A stretch of DNA of 64,000 bases from Octopus sinensis. Lineage: Eukaryota. Location: assembly GCF_006345805.1 (NCBI RefSeq), contig NC_043010.1, forward strand, positions 63,240,001 through 63,304,000, written 5' to 3'. The notes under the pieces were generated by a model. It saw only the letters and a program-made list of their open reading frames with translations, searched no databases and was not told the origin of the DNA. This document shows positions 58,591 to 64,000 of the stretch, in pieces; within the stretch, counting starts at the first letter, position 1; each line of letters starts with the position of its first letter. A program made the translations under genes and the position numbers.

Positions 58591-61500
58591 AAAAGGTGCT
58601 ACTTAAGTCAAACTACTCTCTACTTAGAAAAAAAGAGAAAGACAGATGGGTTATTAGATCTGCAAGTCATTAGATAATAATCTGTGAATCATTAAATGTT
58701 TCACGAGTCATTAGATAATGTTATGTGAGTCACTAGGCAATGTTAAGTGAATCCTTTAGATGCTGTTAGGGAGTCATGAGATGCTGTTACATGAATCATT
58801 AAATGTGAGTCATTAGATGTCAGCTTGGAAAATACAACTTTGAGTCAACATGGGAACTATCATGTGGTTGCCACAACCTGCTAGAAATAACAGCCAGTTC
58901 TCTTCAAATTACCCCCTACTGCCTTGAAAACAAGAAATACGTGTATCCAGGATACCGTGTACTTCTGGAAACATTCTACCTTGAAAATTAAAACTGGATG
59001 GTCATGGCTTGAAAGTCTTTGCTTGTAGTAGGTCTGTTGAATTGAGGCTGAACTGGGACAAGACATCACTGTTTTGTAATACAGGTACAAAGGTCAGCAA
59101 TTGTTAGTGAAGGGGTCAAGTTAATGTAATCAGACTGGTGAAAAGAAGCTGTTTATTGTAATCACTTCAGAATGAAGTCTGATAACAATAACCCAATTGC
59201 TAATATTGGTTTCAAATTTTGACACAAGGCCAGCAATTTTTGTGGGGAGGGTCATAAGTTGAATACATCGACCCCAGTGCTCAACTGGTATTTCTTATTT
59301 CTTTTACTGACCCCGAAAGAATGAAAGGCAAAGTTGACCTCAGCGGAATTTCAACTCACAATATAAAGACAGATGAAAGGCTGCAAAGCATTTTGTCCAT
59401 CCTGCTACCTTAACCCAAATGATAATATTAAGCAAATAAAGAGCTCAGGACCCGATAGTGCCAAGTACAATGCCTTGTTGTATTTGTGACTCTGTGTTGT
59501 AGGTTCAAATCCTGCCAAAGTCAACCCTTCATAGTTTCAGGATCAACAGAAAGTCCCAATCTAGGGCAATGAATCGGTAGATCTGATTGGAGACCTTGTG
59601 GTGTTTGTTCCAGCTCTTTATGTTCTTGAGTTCAAATCCTGCCATTGCCTACTTGGGTGGTAGACTTAATCCATTGCCCTACTTAACATCACCATGGTCC
59701 CTTCGACAGGCTCCATTCTGTTGCAGTCACATCAGATCTCTGGTTCAGGGATACCTCCTACTTGTCCCATAAGCCCATTAAAGGGTCCTGGACCCTGTCT
59801 TTCCTCCAAATTAAAAAAAGCTTAAATATTGATGGTAAGAAGCTTGCCTCCTAATCACATGGTTCCAGGTTCAGTCCCACTGCATGACACCTTGAGCAAG
59901 TGTCTTCTGCAATAGCTTCAGGTCAACAAAAGCTTTGTGAGTGGATTTGAGTTGACAGAAACTGAAAGAAAGTGGCGAGCTGGCAAAATCTTTAGCACAC
60001 CAGGTGAAATGCGTACCCGTATTTCGTCTGCCGTTACGTTCTGAGTTCAAATTCCACCGAGGTTGATTATGCACTGGGGTCGATGGAATCAACTTAATCC
60101 ATTTGTTCGTCCCCTCTGTGTTTAGCCCCTTGTGGGCAATAATGAAACAAGAAACCCATTGTATATGTATGTATATATATATATATTATGTAAAACAATT
60201 AGGTTTGGCTCTATGTGATTTAAATTTTTGTATGTTTAGATATGTGGGTGTGTTGAAAAGTTCCTGGCTTTGAGGGCATCATGAAAGGCCTGGTTGGAAG
60301 CCCAACCTTCTAAGTTCTTTTACAGGGCTTAGAAGAAGTGAAGGACCACTAAGTGTATGAATCTGAGAGGGGGAATATGTTGAATAAAATCGTAATTAAC
60401 TGATTCTCCTGTATTTTCTTTTACCCAAAGCCAGGAACTTTTCAGCACCACCTTGTGTGTGTATGCATATAAGAATAATCTTTTCTACTCTAGGTACAAG
60501 GCCTGGATTTTGTGGGGAAGGGGACAGTCGATCACATCGACCCCAGTATGCAACTGGTACTTGATTTATCAACCCTGAAAGGATGAAAGGCAAAGTCAAC
60601 CTCGGCGGATTTGAACTCAGAACATAGCAGCTGATGAAATACCGCAAAGTATTTTGCCTGGCATGCTAATGAGTCTGCCAGCTTGCGGCCATTGTATATA
60701 AGAATAATATAACACCAGGATGGAGAATATAAGTTTTAATAGCAAATCTCATCTGTTTCTGCACCTGACACCAGCTTTAAGTTGTTTAGTTTACATTTAT
60801 GTATCATTAATGAGAATATTCTTTAGAATCATTCTATAATTAAATATTTTTCAGCAACAGCTGTGTGTGTGCTTCCTCAGGTGGAATGTAATCAATGCTT
60901 AATCGCATTCCACCTGAGCAAGCATCCACACAGCTGTTGCTGTAAAATATTTAATTATATATGTGTTTGTCTGTGTGAGGGTGGCGAGCTGGCAGAAACG
61001 TTAGCACGCCGGGCGATATGCGTAGCTGTATTTCGTCTGCCGAGGTCGACTTTGCCTTTCATCCTTTCGGGGTCGATAAATTAAGTACCAGTTACGCACT
61101 GGGGTCAATATGATCGACTTAATCCGTTTGTCTGTCCCCTCTGTGTTTAGCCCCTTGTGGGTAGTAAAGAAATATATATATGTGTGTTTGTCTGTGTCTG
61201 TCTCCCACCACCTCTACTTGACAATTGGGTTTGGCTTCTTCGTGTCCCTGTAACCTAGCAGTTCAGCAAACAAAAAATAGAAAACCAATATAATAAGTAT
61301 CGGGCTTCGTTTGACTAAAATTTCTTCAAGGCAGTGCCCCAGCTTGGGCACTAATAACCGAAACAAGTAAAAGATAAAATTATCCACAATTATATATTTC
61401 TTTATTGCCCACAAGGGGCTAAACATAGAGGTGACAGACAAAGGGATTAAGTCAATTACATTGACCCCAGTGTGAAACTGGTACTTTATTTATCAACCCT

Positions 61501-61849
61501 GAAAGGACAAAAGGCAAAGTTGACCTCGGCGGAATTTGAACTCAGGACGTAACGACAGACGAAATACCGCTAAGCATTTCACCTGGCGCGCTAATGTTTC
61601 TGCCAGCTCGCCGCCTTATTATTCACAATTATATTAACCAACTCTCCCTTATATTTTATCTGCTCTAGCAGGATTTGAACCCAGTATGTAGACAGATAAA
61701 GCTAGTTAAAGACCTTAGCATCCATTGTTATATCATGGGTGTTTTTTAACCTCAGATCAGCTCCAGTTGAACAGAACCATGATCCAAGCCTTTCCATCCC
61801 AGTCTATGATGGGTTCTGATCTTCCTTTAGCTGTTCTGTATGTAATTAA

Positions 61850-62430
61850 CCCTTTTGAGTCGAACCTAGCCAAGGCTACTTTGTGATATAAACTTCCTGG
61901 TTTTAAACTGACCTAAATTAAAACTTTCTGTCAAAATTTCATGTTAATTTAATTTCGAAACGCCAGCTTAATACTCTTTTACTTGTTTCAGTCATTTTGA
62001 CTGTGGCCATGCTGGAGCACCGCCTTTAGATGAGCAAATCGACCCCAGGACTTATTCTTTGTAAGCCTAGTACTTATTCTATCAGTTTCTTTTGCTGAAC
62101 CACTAACTTATGGGTAAGTAAGCACACTAGCATCGGTTGTCAAGCAATGTTAGGAGGACAAACACACACACATATACATATATACAACGGGCTTCTTTCA
62201 GTTTCCATCTACCAAATCCACTCACAAGGCTTTGGTCAGTTCAAGGCTATAATAGAAGACACTTGCCCAAGGTGCCACACAGTGGGACTGAACCCGGAAC
62301 CATGTAGTTGGTAAGCAAGCACACAGCCACTCCTGCGCCTGCTAACAATATTTCACTAAATTTTTAATAATTTTAAAAAATTAATTGTAACAAAGTCAGG
62401 GTATTTCACAGACATATGGTAACAAAAGGG
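61850..62430. mobile_element. TTAA-flanked MITE (same family as the 11.7-12.4 kb array) with a SINE B inserted
   Basis: TTAA|CCCTTTTG at 61846-61857 and CAAAAGGG|TTAA at 62423-62434; SINE B on the minus strand at about 61975-62340. Confidence 0.75.
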
Positions 62431-63499
62431 TTAAAGTGACCTGTACCTCTCCTGCTAAATATTGCTGTTGTTGTTTAACCCTAGGTCAGCTTTGAATGAG
62501 CAGGCCTATGATCAGACACATTCCAACCAAGACTACATTATCCATTGAATTTTTTCTAAGACAATGGAAAGTGGAAATCTGGCTGCTATTTTTAGCAGCT
62601 CAAGTAACCCCATTGAAGATATCAAACATTGAAATGAACTGACCCATGCACCATATACTTTCTTTTGTACTCTAAACACAAGGCCTGAGATTTCGGGAGA
62701 GGAGGCCAGTTGATTAGATGGATCCCAGTATGCAACTGGTACTTAATTTTTTGACCCCGAAACGATGAAAGGCAAAGTTGTGCCAAGCTAGTGCCCATTT
62801 TAAAATTTTACAATAATTCTTTCTACTGGAAGCACAAGGCCTCAAACTTGCGAGAAGGGATTAAGTCGATTACATCGACCCCAGAGCGTAAACTGGTACT
62901 AATTTTATTGTCCCTGAAAGGATGAAAGGCAAAGTCGACCTCGGTGGAATTTGAACTCTGATTGTAACAGCAGATGAGATACCATTAAGCATTTTGCCTG
63001 GCATGCTAACCATTCTGCCAGCTCGCCACCTTAATGACAATAATAATAATGCTTTCAAATTTTGGTTCAGGGAAAGGGATAAGTTGACTTTAACAACCCC
63101 AGTGCATATCTGGTACTCATTTTATCAACCCTGAAAGGACAAAAGACAAAGTTGAACTCAGAATGTCAAGCTTTTGGAAACAAAAAAACTATGAGGGTAT
63201 CTCTTTGAAAAACACTCAGCTCTACTAAAGATTGGTGGAGGCGCGTGGCTTAGTGGTTAGAGTGTCAGCATCATGATTGTAAGATTGTGGTTTCGATTCC
63301 TGGACCAGGCAACCCGTTGTGTTGTTGACTGCAAGGCATTAACGAACCTGCCAGTTTGCCGTCTTAGCTGAAAGAAATGTTGGTCTCAAATTTCGACACA
63401 AGGCCAACAAGTTTGAGGGAGGGGGCAGTTGATAACATTGACTAAATTCTATGAAATATTTTACCTGGAATGCTAATGATTCTACCTGTTCACCTTCAT

Positions 63500-63660
63500 C
63501 GTCATCATCATTTAACATCCGCTTTCCATGCTGGCATGGGTTGGACAGTTCAACATGGAGCTGTCCAGACTCCCAAGTGACCGCTGTGGCATGGCTTCTA
63601 CGGCTGGATGCCCTTCCCACTTAACAGAGTGTGCTGGGTGCTTTTTACCTGCCAACAATA
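63500..63660 (-). mobile_element. RTE-type tail element (family C); another copy starts near 63945 and runs off the window
   Basis: (cat)n tttaacatccgctttccatgctggcatgggttggac ... ggatgcccttccc. Confidence 0.75.
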
Positions 63661-64000
63661 AAGGGGTTCCCTCACAGAGTGAAGGGTAGATTGAAAAATG
63701 CTTGGGTACAAAGTGTGATATTGCATGGTTGCGAAAGACAGGTACTGATTTCAGAGGATGTGAAAAAAGGTTAGAGGGGACTGAAGCAAACAAGATGTGG
63801 TATATGTTTGTTGTTAGTGTGAGTGGATGACAGCAGAGGAGTTGACAGAAAAACTGAGTTTTATAAGGGGCCATTCCCTTTCTCATTATCTCCACCATTA
63901 ATTGTATAGTCTTCATACAAGCTAACACAAAAATTATCATTCACATCATCATCGTTTAGCGTCCGCTTTCCATGCTGGCATGGGTTGGACGGTGCAACTG

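Overview
Eukaryotic, AT-rich, repeat-dense DNA. The microsatellite load, tRNA-derived SINEs, RTE/CR1 LINE remnants and clustered C2H2 genes fit an octopod cephalopod best; this is inferred and was not confirmed by any search. Only two coding sequences are credible, both + strand C2H2 zinc-finger genes with one long coding exon: ZNF-A (15650-18436; 16 intact fingers, polyQ) and ZNF-B (53838-55196; 8 intact fingers plus 1 degenerate). Nearly all other ORFs in the track are microsatellite or minisatellite artefacts. Main observations: (1) Ten minimal type I hammerhead-ribozyme motifs from five unrelated sequence families, each with a self-complementary stem III. Most lie in head-to-head or tail-to-tail palindromes whose 3' ends abut (TA)n tracts, which resembles Penelope-like/retrozyme elements. 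One family is fused to a tRNA-like Pol III head and sits between an 11-bp target-site duplication. (2) ZNF-B has six consecutive fingers with nearly the same recognition helix, R[NK]DK[LM]K[IL], but divergent codons, suggesting a reader of a trinucleotide repeat. (3) The Ser/His-rich N-terminus of ZNF-A is about eight degenerate repeats with zinc-finger spacing but without the Cys ligands. (4) A four-unit SINE concatemer lies inside one 18-bp TSD, and a TTAA-flanked MITE has been amplified in tandem.
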